A stretch of 64,000 nt of DNA from Podarcis tiliguerta (taxonomy: Eukaryota): NCBI GenBank assembly GCA_965153285.1, contig OZ229119.1; one strand, 5' to 3'. Of this stretch, positions 12,890 to 24,928 are shown piece by piece; within the stretch, counting starts at the first letter, position 1; the number at the start of each line of letters is the position of its first letter. The notes below the pieces were generated by a model, which was not told where the DNA came from, searched no databases, and saw only the letters and a list, made by a program, of their open reading frames with translations. The translations under genes were made by a program, and so were the position numbers.

Positions 12890-13545
12890 AGGTTTTTCGC
12901 ACCAATCCCCTGGCTGTTTATTGTTATATTTCATCCATAATCCTGTAAATCCTGTGTTGCTTGTTTCTTGACTACTGTCTGACTACTGCTCTCCAGTCCC
13001 CGCTTATATATACATATCTGTATCATAAGCATGATGTTTTGGAATTGCAACACAGAGTTTTATGCCATACTTTGTGAATTTGGATGGCATATACTGCCTC
13101 ATTAGACATCTTTCTTTGCATGGCACTAATTTTTCACCAGTTATTACATTATCATATGTAATAATCAAATATTGTGTGTGAGTGTTATTAAACGTATCCC
13201 ATAGGCCACACACAAGGGTAAGCTTGTCTCTCACACCTGTAGTTCAGCGCTGAAACTTGTCCTCAGTTTGAGAACGTCATTCTTTCTTTTGAAGGAGGCC
13301 AGTGACATTGTGCCCTAGAAATCATCAGAAACACATTTTGCAGAGATGGTTCTATGTATCTAGAGATAAATGGGCATCTAAAGGTCCTGAACTGTCTTGC
13401 CACCTACAGAAGTGAGGGTACTGGTTGCTTGCAGTTGGGGTCTCAGTGACCCCAAAAACCAGGTTATTTAGTTTTGCGCAAAAATAGCTATGATACAAAA
13501 ATGGTTTTGCTTTTTCACAAGAAAAGTTCTAATTGAGGGGTGGGG
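12890..13545 (-). mobile_element. piggyBac DNA transposon relic with transposase fragment
   Basis: ORF 13004-13234 (DKL..LWDTF..NVITGEKLVPCKERCLMRQYMPSKFTKYGIKL) matches the piggyBac motif VDE.LVPF.GRC..RQYMPSKP.KYGIK. Terminus reads TTAA|CCCC on the minus strand (TTAA 13546-13549). Subterminal palindrome ttggggtctcagtgaccccaa at 13435-13455. Confidence 0.8.
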
Positions 13546-14655
13546 TTAAACTATTTAGGGTTATAAAGTGGCTTAGTAAACCTGTGGTCCCATCTGTGAT
13601 GTTGGTAGAAGTTGAGTTACTGATTAGTCTGTTACAAAAATAGACAGAACATTTCATCCTCTATGCTCCTTTCTGGTGGACAGAAGAATTTCTGGGCTAA
13701 GCATCTGCAGCTATGGCCAACAACTAAAATTATAAGCAGCCTTGTGCAGGATCATTTTGACCCCTGGCGCTGTGTGCATGTACCCTCTCCCCTTGGCTAT
13801 TCCAGATGGGGTAGAACTGACCTCAAAAGCTGCAAGGGTCAAAACACTGATTTCCCCTCTCCCACTGTTAAGAAAGGAAGGCCTAAACATGGCAATTTAC
13901 ACATTGTCATAGTTAAGGACCAGAAGTGAGGTCCTTATTTTGCCCTAATGGGCAAGAGGGTGGCTATTGGCTATGACCAGAGGCTGAGGGAGAAGGACTA
14001 CCTGGAATATGGAGTTGTAGAAGACTGACGCAAAAGTTTTATGATTTTTGCTCTCAGGGTGTATTCGAAAAACAAAACAGCATCGATGGAGAATTATATA
14101 TAGCAATGGGGGCTTCTATACACGAACAACAAGCGTTAAGCTCCACATTTCTTGGTATCCTGACTAGGGAGTTTTTGAAAGCTCAGAGAGGGAGGAAACC
14201 ACAATGAGTGTGATCTCTTTAACATTGAGATTTGGTGACTACGGATGTCCTTACAGTGGGATTGGAGGTAGATCCTGGTTGCAGAGGCTACTGCTCTATT
14301 TTAGTCAAGAAATAAATACGCACATATAAGGTTAGATAGGAGAGGAGTATAGCTCATAGCCACAATGTTCCCCTGTGCAGGCAATATTGGACAAAGTAAA
14401 TCCATAAAATCTTGTGTTTTTCTAAGAATTAAAGAAGTCAAGTGAATCAACAAGGTTTCAGTTCATGAAATCAGCACTACAAAGGAATAAGCAAGGTTAC
14501 CTAATCAGTGTAGAGATAGGCTGATAGGAAGCAAAAACAAAGTTGTCAGGCGCTTGTGACAGCTCAAAAGCTAAATTATTCTTGATCTTTAGCCACAAAG
14601 TTTTACATGCTTGTGTTAGTGCAGAACAGTGACTGATTTTTGCTTTATCTTTCAG

Positions 14656-14770
14656 ATGACCCAGAGACACGAGATGCGTGGTGGGCCGAAATACGACAAG
14701 AAATAAAATCCCATGCAAAGGCACTGGGGTGTCATGCTGTAGTGGGCTACAGTGAATCAACTAGCATTTG
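14656..14770 (+). CDS. C2CD5: C2CD5 coding exon (DDPETRDAWWAEIRQEIKSHAKALGCHAVVGYSESTSI)
   Basis: ttcag|...TG|gtaaat; near-identical to the recalled vertebrate C2CD5 peptide; phase 1 to 2. Confidence 0.95.
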
Positions 14771-14949
14771 GTAAATCACTTATATTTTTGTAATGCTTTC
14801 GAAATGAGTGCTGAATCTTACAAGCAGCATGTGTGGAAGGAGAAGAAATTACTGCAGGAAGCAGTGTGTAGGCAAAGCTGAGATAGGCAGTGAGAATGCT
14901 TCAGACAATGGTGCAGAAAACAGGCAGAGAGACAGGGACACCCTTTCGG

Positions 14950-15225
14950 GCGCATGCCAAAGATGCATCACTGTGATGGGTTTCAGATGCCTATTAAAAA
15001 CCTACTTGTTCGGGCATTTCCTGACTCTTGTTTTTTAGACTGCACTGCTTGGTAGTTTGTTTCAGTATTCCGGTTCTGGATTCTTTTCAGTGATAATGTC
15101 TTTTTGTGTTGTTATTTTTAATCTAAACCTTGCAGTTTTATGTTTTTTACTTTGAAAAATCACTTAGATTTTTGAAACAAATATTAATTGGCCTATAAAT
15201 TAATGGAATAATTGAATAAATAAAC
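14950..15225 (+). mobile_element. L2 LINE 3' end remnant
   Basis: FRCLLKTYLF matches the L2 ORF2 C-terminus (FRRLLKTYLF), followed by a T-rich 3'UTR and an aataaataaa tail. Confidence 0.55.
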
Positions 15226-15340
15226 ATAGCAACAGCACTGTAGGAAGTTTCCATTACTCTAGTATTGGCTGCTGTTTCTTGTAGATGGAGCAGAACAATT
15301 TATTAGATCCTTGTATTTACAGGAGAACATAGTGCACCCT

Positions 15341-15728
15341 AGGGATGCAGGTGGTGCTGTGGTCTAAACCACTGAGCCTCTTGGGCTTGCCGATCAGAAG
15401 GTTGGCGGTTCGAATCCCTGCGACGGGGTGAGCTCCTGTTGCTTGGTCCCAGCTCCTGTCAACTTAGCAGTTTGTAAGCACGCTAAAAAAGTTCAAGTAG
15501 ATAAATAGGTACTGCTCCGGTGGGAAGGTAAACTGCATTTCCGTGTGCTGCTCTGGTTTCGGTGTTCCGTTGTGCCAGAAGCGGCTTAGTCATGCTAGCC
15601 CCATGACCCTGAAAAACTGTCTGCAGACAAACGCCGGTTCCCTTGGTCTGTAAAGCGAGAAGAGTGCCGCAACCCAGAGTCATCTGCAACTGGACTTAAC
15701 TGCCAGGGGTTCTTTACCTTTTTTTTTT
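15341..15728 (+). mobile_element. Sauria SINE, full length
   Basis: tRNA-like head with B-box ggttcgaatccc, tttacctt tail, 12-bp TSD ATAGTGCACCCT (15329-15340 and 15729-15740). Confidence 0.93.
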
Positions 15729-16266
15729 ATAGTGCACCCTTGCTTAGGCTTCACAACCTATGGGAGGATTTTATGTATTCTCTTGTCCCGAGATCATTCT
15801 TTGATCAGTGCTGCTTGGAAAGAAATGTCTTTTTTTTTTAAGTATGATAACTGGGTGGCCAACTATCTCTAAACTTCACAGCAGTAAAAGTTCACTCATT
15901 CAGCGTGTTTAGGAAAATATGCCAGCAACAGTTCTAGTGTATATTCGTAGAATAGAAGTGGGGAACCTTTTTGACTCAGTGGCTCAGATCTTTATCTCCC
16001 CTACGGGCCAACTTCGATTGGGTGGGTGGGATAGACACCTGCCAATCATCTGTTGATGAGAAGAGAGTGCAGTCCTGCTGGCTGCAGAGGGCTGCCTCAC
16101 CTTTCCTGAATGCTGTAACTATATTCTTCACCTTGGGCTATACAGCTCCAAAAGGGTTTGCTCTGAATTGTTTTCATAATTGTTGTTTTCACTTTTACTA
16201 AATAGGATGCCTAAAAATGCATATAATCAAAAATGTGGCTTTATCATCTTCTTTTCTTTTCTGTAG

Positions 16267-16362
16267 TGAAGAGGTCTGTATTTTGTCTGCATCTGGCACG
16301 GCAGCTGTACTGAACCCTAGGTTTCTCCAGGATGGCACCACGGAAGTCTGTTTGGAACAAAG
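16267..16362 (+). CDS. C2CD5: C2CD5 coding exon (EEVCILSASGTAAVLNPRFLQDGTTEVCLEQR); possible extension to 16455
   Basis: ctgtag|...AG|gttgtc; peptide matches C2CD5. Confidence 0.92.
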
Positions 16363-16898
16363 GTTGTCATGGCAGCCTGGCTACTTTTCCATAGGGTCAG
16401 AGAAGGGAGAGGTTGATTTTTTTCCTCAAAACCAGGATAGTTCTTCTCTATTAGGGTAGGTTACCAGTGTTACAGTACAGGATGCGGAGCCAACCACTTT
16501 ACTGATTTTTCACTAACAACAACAGAAGTTGTGGAGCTCTGCACCAAATCTCTAGCCTTATTGTTTTCAAATTTCTAACAGCCTCAGCAAGGTAACACAT
16601 TTGACTACTAACCACATAATGCAAATCTTTTCTTCCTCTTTGCCACTCCTTCCTATTCTGCTTCTCATGGCACACTGCATACAAGTGACCCCCTGTGTCG
16701 TTTCACTGCATAAGCTTGATGATAAATGTATCATGTGGCAATTTGCCTCTCTTGAAATATTGACAAAATTTTTTGAATGGGCATGGGTAAATTTAACTCT
16801 TTAAAAATGTCAACTAAAGTTCATGAAACGTTAGAGGTATTAAGCCTGAGAAAATCGGCTAGAGTTGATGGTATTGAAGCACAACTCATTCTTCAACT

Positions 16899-16917
16899 TG
16901 GCACCATCTAGTGGTTT
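16899..16917 (-). promoter_or_regulatory. Candidate CTCF motif
   Basis: Reverse complement AACCACTAGATGGTGCCA vs consensus CCASYAGRKGGCRS (one core mismatch). Confidence 0.35.
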
Positions 16918-18752
16918 AGGACACAGGTGCTTTCCACACTATCCACTAGGAAGCAGGCTGTATTGATAAAAAGTTTTGGCTTGAGGTTAGACTAGAAGGC
17001 AGCTCCCACTTTCTCCCAGAAGCCAGTATTTCCCCTGCCTCCCTGCAGGCCTATAAAATACTGTAATGTATACCTGTCGTTACATCATTGCATCTTGGTA
17101 CATTCCCCCTCCCCCTTGTTTCCTCATCTTGCCTTGCAAATATTAGTGGATTAAACTTTTAATTAAATAAAGTACATCTTAACCCAGTTCATCATTAGGG
17201 ATCAATAGCATTATGTCTGCACCTAACCATTTTCCCTCTGTGCCCTCATAAAATAGTGTATATTGTTATCCCTCCCCCAGTATATAAAAGGGTATCAAAT
17301 AAATACAAAGATGGTAAGCACCACGTTTTGAATATAATATGTGTATATGCTGTTCTTTTCAGTGGGCTCTATTGCAAGAGATGTTCTTGTTTAATTTTAT
17401 TTTAAAGCTGTTGTTTATACCATCCATCCCTTCCATTAGACAAGATGAGTTTGTTTCAGTGCTTCTGAAGGGAAGGTGTTTTACGTCTAACTTTTGCTGC
17501 TTGGGTTGTACCCAGTTGTTTTTATGATGAAGCTTTGATATGCAAATTGTGTTATCAGAATTCCAGTTTTTTTTATGCCGAAAGCATCAAATTGGTCCAC
17601 TTGCTCAGCTGAAAAATCCTATCAGTGCAAGGTACAGCGAAGATGTGTGGTAGTTTAAAAATAAAGAAGAGGAACAAGGTGTTATATGTACAGATAACAA
17701 TATAAACTACCATGTCCTGTGATTTCATTTGCTTATCCCCAAAACATATATCCCACCTTTCTGTGAAATATTCAGTGCAGAATATTTTGAGATTTGCAAA
17801 CAGTAGCTCTCCATGTTCAGATTACGCTGCAGCTGTCAGAAACACGAGACAATACATACATTTAGGTGCTCCCTATTTCCCCAAGAGGTAAGAAGTAATG
17901 GGGTAGTATTATGGGTATTCTTTGGATCAGGAAAAGAATGGGTGTTCTTGCCATAATGAGTTTTATTTACAAAGATACGGGCAGAGTATAGAACAAGCAA
18001 AATAGACTCCTAGAGGAGGCAGCGCAACTGTTAATCCTGCATCAGACTCCCAAAGGGAACAATTGCACCCCAAGGTGCTTTGCCTTTTGCTGACTCACTG
18101 CTCTCATGCATTCTATCTCTGCTCAAATTCAAACTGCCAGAACCTGTTGTAGAGGTGCCCAAATTATCTGAGTGTTATGTTCGAAAAAAAAGAGCCCTCG
18201 GGGTACAGTCAGGTTTTTTTGTTAAGACAAAGCCATAGCCATATATTTGCTCATTCTAATCAAAACAGTCCATCTTATTACAGTACTGTGTTGCAATTGC
18301 CCCTCTGATTTATGCCACTTGGTTTTTTCGTTGTATTGAGCTTTTTATTCCTGTTAAGGCTGTGACTCGATAGAAGCTTGACTTTTAATATTGATAAAAT
18401 CAAGTATTCTACCATTAGTTCCCATGTATTCCAGCCTTGCCTTGCATATACAAGTGCATACCTTAAAAAGGAAGGAGGGAGGAGAACAAACTTTCATACA
18501 GCGTCCCTGCCTGATCTCTTGAAGGCAATTTTGACTCACTACAGGTGACAGGTGTGTGACGGTTTACCAGCTTAATCAGTTGCAAGAACCATAAAAAGAG
18601 AACAAAAGTTGACCACCACAATGTATGGGTTCTGTTAGTGCCTGCATGGGTCAGTTTTTTTAAAAAAAAAAACACAGTAAAATACAATATTTATATTTCA
18701 CAAGATGGTGTCTGAATGGTAATATTAGATGTCTCACAATCTCATTTTTTAG

Positions 18753-18944
18753 GTTAGAGGAAACATCACCTCTGGGTTGTGGCTTTTGCCACATACCATA
18801 CGATGAGCTCAACATGCCATTCCCTGCTCACCTCACTTACTGCTGCAACTGCAGGAAGCAAAAAGTCCCTGATGTTCTTTTCACAACAATAGATTTGCCT
18901 GTGGATGCACTGGTGGTTGGGAAAGGATGTCTCATTCAAGCCAG
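18753..18944 (+). CDS. C2CD5: C2CD5 coding exon (LEETSPLGCGFCHIPYDELNMPFPAHLTYCCNCRKQKVPDVLFTTIDLPVDALVVGKGCLIQAR)
   Basis: ttttag|...AG|gtatct; 192 nt; peptide match. Confidence 0.95.
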
Positions 18945-19654
18945 GTATCTTTCTGCCAGATTTGCTTTGCTCCCTGTTTTGACCTCTCTGTTTGTTTTAC
19001 AGCATCTGAAAGTTTCCTTTTACCAAGAGCAGGTCTACTCTAAAAAGGGAAGGCAAAAAATGAATTTTAGTCTGGACGCTTTTTGTCAAGACAAGCAACT
19101 TGTTACTCCTGACACATCATTTTTTTTTCTTACAACTTAAGCACATTTTCTAGGAAGGAGGTACCATTTAACTTGGCGATACTCCCTTCTGGGTGGAACT
19201 TGCATTTCCCCCTTTTTTAATTTGCATATTTAGTAGATAATGCTGCACATAATTCTGTTGCTGGTAAGCTTTAAAACTCATCTGTCAGACCGTGTTTTTT
19301 AAATCTAGTCCTTTGTTTTGGTTCACACCTTCTAGTTTATCTGTTAGACCTTTGCTAGTTTCAACCCATTTTACCTATAGCTTGGCATATCACTGATTGT
19401 GGTGGGGAGCCTTGGGAATCATGCTTTTATAGAATAGGGCATTTTATGGTGTCAAACTTCTTAGCCATTGCTAAGAGACTTTTCATGTAAGACCAGGCCT
19501 ACCACTCTGGATAGTATTCAACTAGGTTTGCCTCATGGTAGATGCATTGAAATTAATGGAACTAGCTTAGTCATATACATTAATTTCAGTGGGACAACTC
19601 CAACTAAAACATAGTTGAACATGACCCTTTGTGTTTTACTTTCCATCCCAATAG

Positions 19655-19841
19655 GTTGTGTCGGCTGAAAAAGAAAGCACAAGCCGAAGCAAATGCAACT
19701 TCCATCAGTAATCTGCTGCCATTTATGGAATATGAAGTACACACTCAGCTGATGAATAAGCTAAAACTGAAAGGAATGAATGCTCTTTTTGGACTGAGGA
19801 TTCAGATCACAGTAGGAGAAACAATGCTAATGGGTTTGGCA
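19655..19841 (+). CDS. C2CD5: C2CD5 coding exon (LCRLKKKAQAEANATSISNLLPFMEYEVHTQLMNKLKLKGMNALFGLRIQITVGETMLMGLA)
   Basis: aatag|...GCA|gtgagt; peptide match. Confidence 0.96.
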
Positions 19842-21084
19842 GTGAGTTTTTCTGTATTTATTTTGGGGTTCTTTTATTCCCTTTTCTGGAGAGCAATTAA
19901 AATAAAATAAAACCCACATCATGAAAACAACACCTCTATTTAAATTAGAATATCCCCATAGCTGCTTACTCCTGGTCACTGGAAGCCAGTGCAAAGAGGA
20001 TTTTTTTTTTTACATTTCTTCTAGAAATTATAGAGGATCAGACTTTGACTGAGATAGTCAGGCAAAGTCTTATTGGTAGCCATTATGTTCTCTAGAAAGT
20101 GGCAATCTTCCACAACCAAGTAGTTAGGCTCTACAATCAAGCTGGCGCTATTCGGCAGTTAGGCCTTCCAAAATTATGGAGCACATGCATTCAGGCATAG
20201 TATTCTACACAAGGACATGCATTGTCCTATTTACACACATGTTATAAAGAAAGTAAAAATACATGTTATAAACAAAGTAAAAAAGAAACAAAGTATGGGC
20301 TATTTACATTTTGTGCAAGCATACGTTTTTCTTTTCATTGCAATTAAATGAGAAAAGCATTTGCTGTGCCTTAATTGAAACTTGGTCAAGCTACCAGTAA
20401 AGCATACAGAATTGACTCAGAAGGTGGGTGTATTTGGCCTACAGGCAGCCAGCTGGCCTTCCATGCTTTAAGAGAAGTGGGCTCCACAGTTGGTGAGCAG
20501 CCACCTGGAATGCCTCAATACTTTTCCATGATGGTAACTGCACAATTAAATGGATGGTACAATCTAGTCTTAGTTGTGATGCTTTTTTGATTATGCGCCG
20601 TTTAATCTTTCTTCTAAACTGCCATGGAATATGATTGAAGGGCAGTATAAACAATACCTATTATAAATAAATGATGACACCAAAAAGAGAAGGTAGTATT
20701 TAAGAGATGTATTTAGTCGATTAAATGTATTTCTGGGGATGAGGGAAGATTATTGTTTTGGGAATGGCAGACTTCAATGGACTTAAAGCTTTTCAAGGCT
20801 ATAGAGAACCTGGAAAATAGCCATTGGCAGCTGGCAGAATCAGCAGGTGAACCAACTGTGGCTCTCTCCAACCAGAAATGAAGGTCATTACTTAAAGAGT
20901 CAGTCTGCATTTCCCATAGACTCCAGTCTCATGCTCTAAACTCTGTCCCCCACCCCCCGCTCCCCAAAAACACCTTCCTTCCCTTTGCAGCATCTTTCCT
21001 ATATTTCAGCTCCTCCATCCATGTCAGTATATGTTCAATAGCATCAGCTCCACTCCAGAGAACTGTGTTCCTGTTGCTAAGTTC

Positions 21085-21257
21085 TAATACGGAAAGCAGT
21101 ATGCCTCTGAATACCAGTTGATGAGAATCACATGTAGGGAGAGAGCTGTTGTCCTCACAACCTGCTTGCAGGCCTCCCATAGACATCTGATTGGCCATTG
21201 TGATAACAGGACTGATAGGCTTTTTTGCCTGATCCAGCAGGGCTCTTCAAGTTCTTA
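21085..21257 (+). mobile_element. CR1-related LINE/SINE 3' tail fragment
   Basis: cctctgaataccagttg...ttggccattgtg...cctgatccagcagggctcttc..gttctta, a common squamate retroposon tail; partial copy near 27150-27260. Confidence 0.55.
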
Positions 21258-22014
21258 AATAATTGTTGGTAGAAACAGTCTTGCAGCCAGGAGTGGAGCA
21301 TTCTTGAGTTCTCTTCACCCATTCTAAAGAACATTTGTGGGCTTGGGAGGTGTGCTCCTAAGCCCCACTGTTGCTGCGTTCACGCCCCTGCATCATCCTA
21401 CCCAGTCTGAGGCATTGCACTTTGTTTTGAACTCCTGAAGAAAGTGAATGTTAGGATGAGAACTATGATCCAGCCGTTTATCTTCTCCATAGTTTTCTAA
21501 TGAAAACAGAGACTTTGAGATTCAGCATTTAGGGATGTTCCTTGAAGGCTGCTGGCAGAATAAATCTCATTGTGGTTCAGGATGGGATGCATCCTGGTTA
21601 AGTTCTTAAGATGCTTTGTCTGCAGCTCCTATGTTATCTGTTGTATTTTGTATATAAAACACAAAGATGATATAAGAGCTAGGGCACTCTAGACTCTTGC
21701 AAGATCCAGCTTATATCAGTCTTTGTAAAATTGCAAGTATGAAGGCGATATCTGTTACAGTGGATGAATTTTTGTGTTGCTAATCTTTTTAAAAAGCTGA
21801 ATGGATTACATGTTCTGTCAAATGGGTTTAGTGTGGAAAGCTTCCAGAAGTTATTCCAATAGTATAACATTACTAGAAAATTTGTGATTGTGAGATTCAA
21901 GTTTAAATAGTGGACATGTAACAAATAGTGTGAAATGCATGCTTATAAAGCATTTATTTAAGAAAGCATGAATATATATTGCACTTCATTTTTTCTTTGT
22001 CTTATTCTTTAAAG

Positions 22015-22179
22015 TCTGCCACGGGTGTATACCTGACTGCTTTACCATCTCCTGGTGGGATTCAAATTGCTGGGAAGACGCCGAATGATGCCACTTACGA
22101 ACAACATATATCGCACATGCAGAAGAAGATAAATGATACAATAGCCAAAAATAAGGAGCTTTATGAGATTAACCCTCCA
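22015..22179 (+). CDS. C2CD5: C2CD5 coding exon (SATGVYLTALPSPGGIQIAGKTPNDATYEQHISHMQKKINDTIAKNKELYEINPP)
   Basis: ttaaag|...CCA|gtaagc; 165 nt. Confidence 0.96.
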
Positions 22180-23108
22180 GTAAGCAAGGTTATGGAACAG
22201 TTCAAACAATTCTCAGTCATACACAGTTCATACCTAATCTATATCCTGTTAGCTAATGCAGAATGGATCATGCACGTGAGCAAAGAAACTTACATAGAAG
22301 GTAGCCGTGTGCACAAGTGGGGGACTCTGTAATTTGGGGGGAGGGAGGTTTCTTTTTATTATTATAATGCATATATACAAAGAGGTTTGCAAGAACAATT
22401 GAACCTTTCCTCCCCAGCCCCTTCACCCCCTGATGTATCTCAAGCCTAAATTGGTGGCTTCTGTAAAGGAGGAAGGCCAAAAGACCAAAGAACCCAGCTA
22501 CACAATGTAGGTCTAGGCTTGGTTTCCTCATTTCCTGCCTTGGCTTACCCTCAGGAACCCGCAGTCTGCTCAGTTCTGTACATAACTTTTTAAACTGCAG
22601 AGCCCCAATGTCCCTTCATTTAATAGAGAAAGCATAAGTTGTAGGTGGATTCTTTAGTCTAAGAAGATGCTGGTGCTGCATCCATTAGGTTCTCAGTTGG
22701 GTACTTCGGACAGGAACAGTTAAACAGCCAAACACTTTATTGCTTCCTCGGCTCTTGAACTGCAGTATTTCTGCTTTAGGGGATGCTGCCTCTGTGCTTT
22801 TTTTTAGACTGCAGAATCCATGCACCCCTTCATCCACTGCCAAGCAAGGAAGGGAGGAAGCACCAGCAATCGAATGGTGCACTTTGAAGAAGTTCTGCGT
22901 TGCATGAATTAGGACCTGATCCATGCTATTCAACACTTCTTCAGATTGTACCTTTCAAGGTGTTGAATTTGGCCCTGATGATAAGGGGCAGCGCCTGTAC
23001 TTTTTGCCTTTGTTTTGGAGGAAGGGTATAGTGGCATGGCATTTAAAATAAGCGAGATTTAATAAAATAAGGGATGCATACATGTTTTCATACCATTGTT
23101 CTGCTTAG

Positions 23109-23246
23109 GAGGCACCTGAAGAAATTATAGGTTCACCCATTCCAGAACCAAGGCGTACTCGGGTGCTAAGATCACAGTCTGAAAGTTCTGATGAAATTAC
23201 AGAATTGGACCTGTCACATGGGAAAAAAGATGCTTTCGTCTTGGAG
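23109..23246 (+). CDS. C2CD5: C2CD5 coding exon (EAPEEIIGSPIPEPRRTRVLRSQSESSDEITELDLSHGKKDAFVLE)
   Basis: cttag|...GAG|gtatgt; 138 nt. Confidence 0.95.
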
Positions 23247-24685
23247 GTATGTTCTGTAAAGTTTAGACTTCTACATGCCTTCTGAAGAACTTAAAGGGTA
23301 TAAAAATAACAAAGTTGCTAATTAAAGAATAATTTCTTGTTAAACACTAACACATCTATTGTGGTGCAAGCTTCTGTGAACTAGAGTCTACTTCATGAAG
23401 TATAATCCTTGGGGAGGGTTGGGGGTGTCCACTGTCATAAAGTATAAGATTGTTTGCCTTACACGCCTGATTTTCTATAAATTTTCATGGTAACATAACA
23501 ACCCTAGGAGAGGCAACCCTAAAATTCTTAGTGACAAACTTATAGTTTAACTATCCAAAATATCAGATATGCTCTATCAGCCAAAATAGACTAGAAAGGG
23601 GTTAGTGGCCTACAACAAATATTTTTTAGCTCCTGTTTGATCAGTGAAGACCTAAGTGTGTAAGTTGTTTGTTGTTCTCAGCATTCATTGAGCTCTTCTG
23701 TTTTTTTATTTCTAGATAAGATTGCTTTGATAATTATTAACCAAAATATTGCTTTATTTGTGATATTGAAGGAATATAGCTGTTTGGAATTTTGTATTTT
23801 GGTTGGTGAAATTATTGCATCTGCTTTCTGACTAAGGTCAGAGATTCAGCTAAGGAACTTAGTAGCTAAGGGAAAAATGGAACAAAATATTTAAGGGACC
23901 TAACAGGTTTCGGGAAATGAAAACTGAAAGAACAGTCATCTACTGTCTGGTGATCCAAAAAGTTGGGAGGGGATGCCTTTTCCTCTCTTATTTGTATTTC
24001 GCTTTTATGGATAGCTAGTCAAAACTTTTTTTTTTTTTTTAAAAGGTTTTTCTAGACCATCTTTAAAAACTCTGAATTCGTTACCTCACACAAAAGTCTT
24101 AAGTAAAAACTAAGTTTGTTTTGGGCTTGTGTCTGTGCCTTCTTATTCACCCCTTACCTAACTGCCTTACCACTCTGTCCAATGTGGAGATTTGGCTGCA
24201 CCAGTTAAGAAATGTTGGAGAGAGATATGGGAGGTGTTTAGTGGAGGCAGCCAGGGGAAAATGGTATCCATGTGGTGACAGTGGTAAAATAGAAGAAGGG
24301 GCTGGTTTAGCAGGTTTGTTTGCTTGCTCCCTTCCCTCTTACAGCCCAATCTACAGCTTGTGCCACTACAGATCAGGAAATAAATATTTTATAAAGTTGG
24401 CACAGCTATTCTTTATGAAATAAATACATCTTTTTTTAAAAAAGAATATGGACAGTTGTTTTATAATCATGAGCATTTAAAAATAGTCCCAAATCAATTG
24501 AATTGTCTTGAAGAGCGAAAAAACAGTTGAAATGATTTTGGCTGTGTTCATAAACACACTTTCTCTTGAGCATGTTACATTTAAATTCCAGCTCAATTTG
24601 TCCAGGGGTAAACTTAGTCGTGATGGTGATTTTAAGCCTAACTGAAGTTACCAAACATGTTTTTAGGAGCAAAAAAGCCTTGGCT

Positions 24686-24785
24686 ATACGTATATGCATG
24701 TATATGTATATGTATATGTATACGTATATTTATGTGAATATGTATATGTATGTATCTGTATGTATATGTATGTATGTATGTATGT
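24686..24785. repeat. Imperfect (TATG/TATATG)n low-complexity repeat
   Basis: Seen directly. Confidence 0.85.
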
Positions 24786-24864
24786 CATACAGTATATGCT
24801 GTATTAATCTTGATAAATTCAATTTTAGAGTGCACAACATAATTTATATACTGTCTTTTTTTAG

Positions 24865-24928
24865 ATTGATGATACAGATGCAATGGAAGATGTTCACTCT
24901 TTATTAACAGACGTCCCTCCACCTTCAG
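24865..24928 (+). CDS. C2CD5: C2CD5 coding exon (IDDTDAMEDVHSLLTDVPPPS)
   Basis: ttttag|...G|gtatgg. Confidence 0.95.

Noticed and set aside
15341-15430. tRNA-like sequences with GGTTCGAATCC B-box (also 52851 and 63308)
   Set aside because: These are SINE heads, not tRNA genes: no full cloverleaf, and they continue into the SINE body
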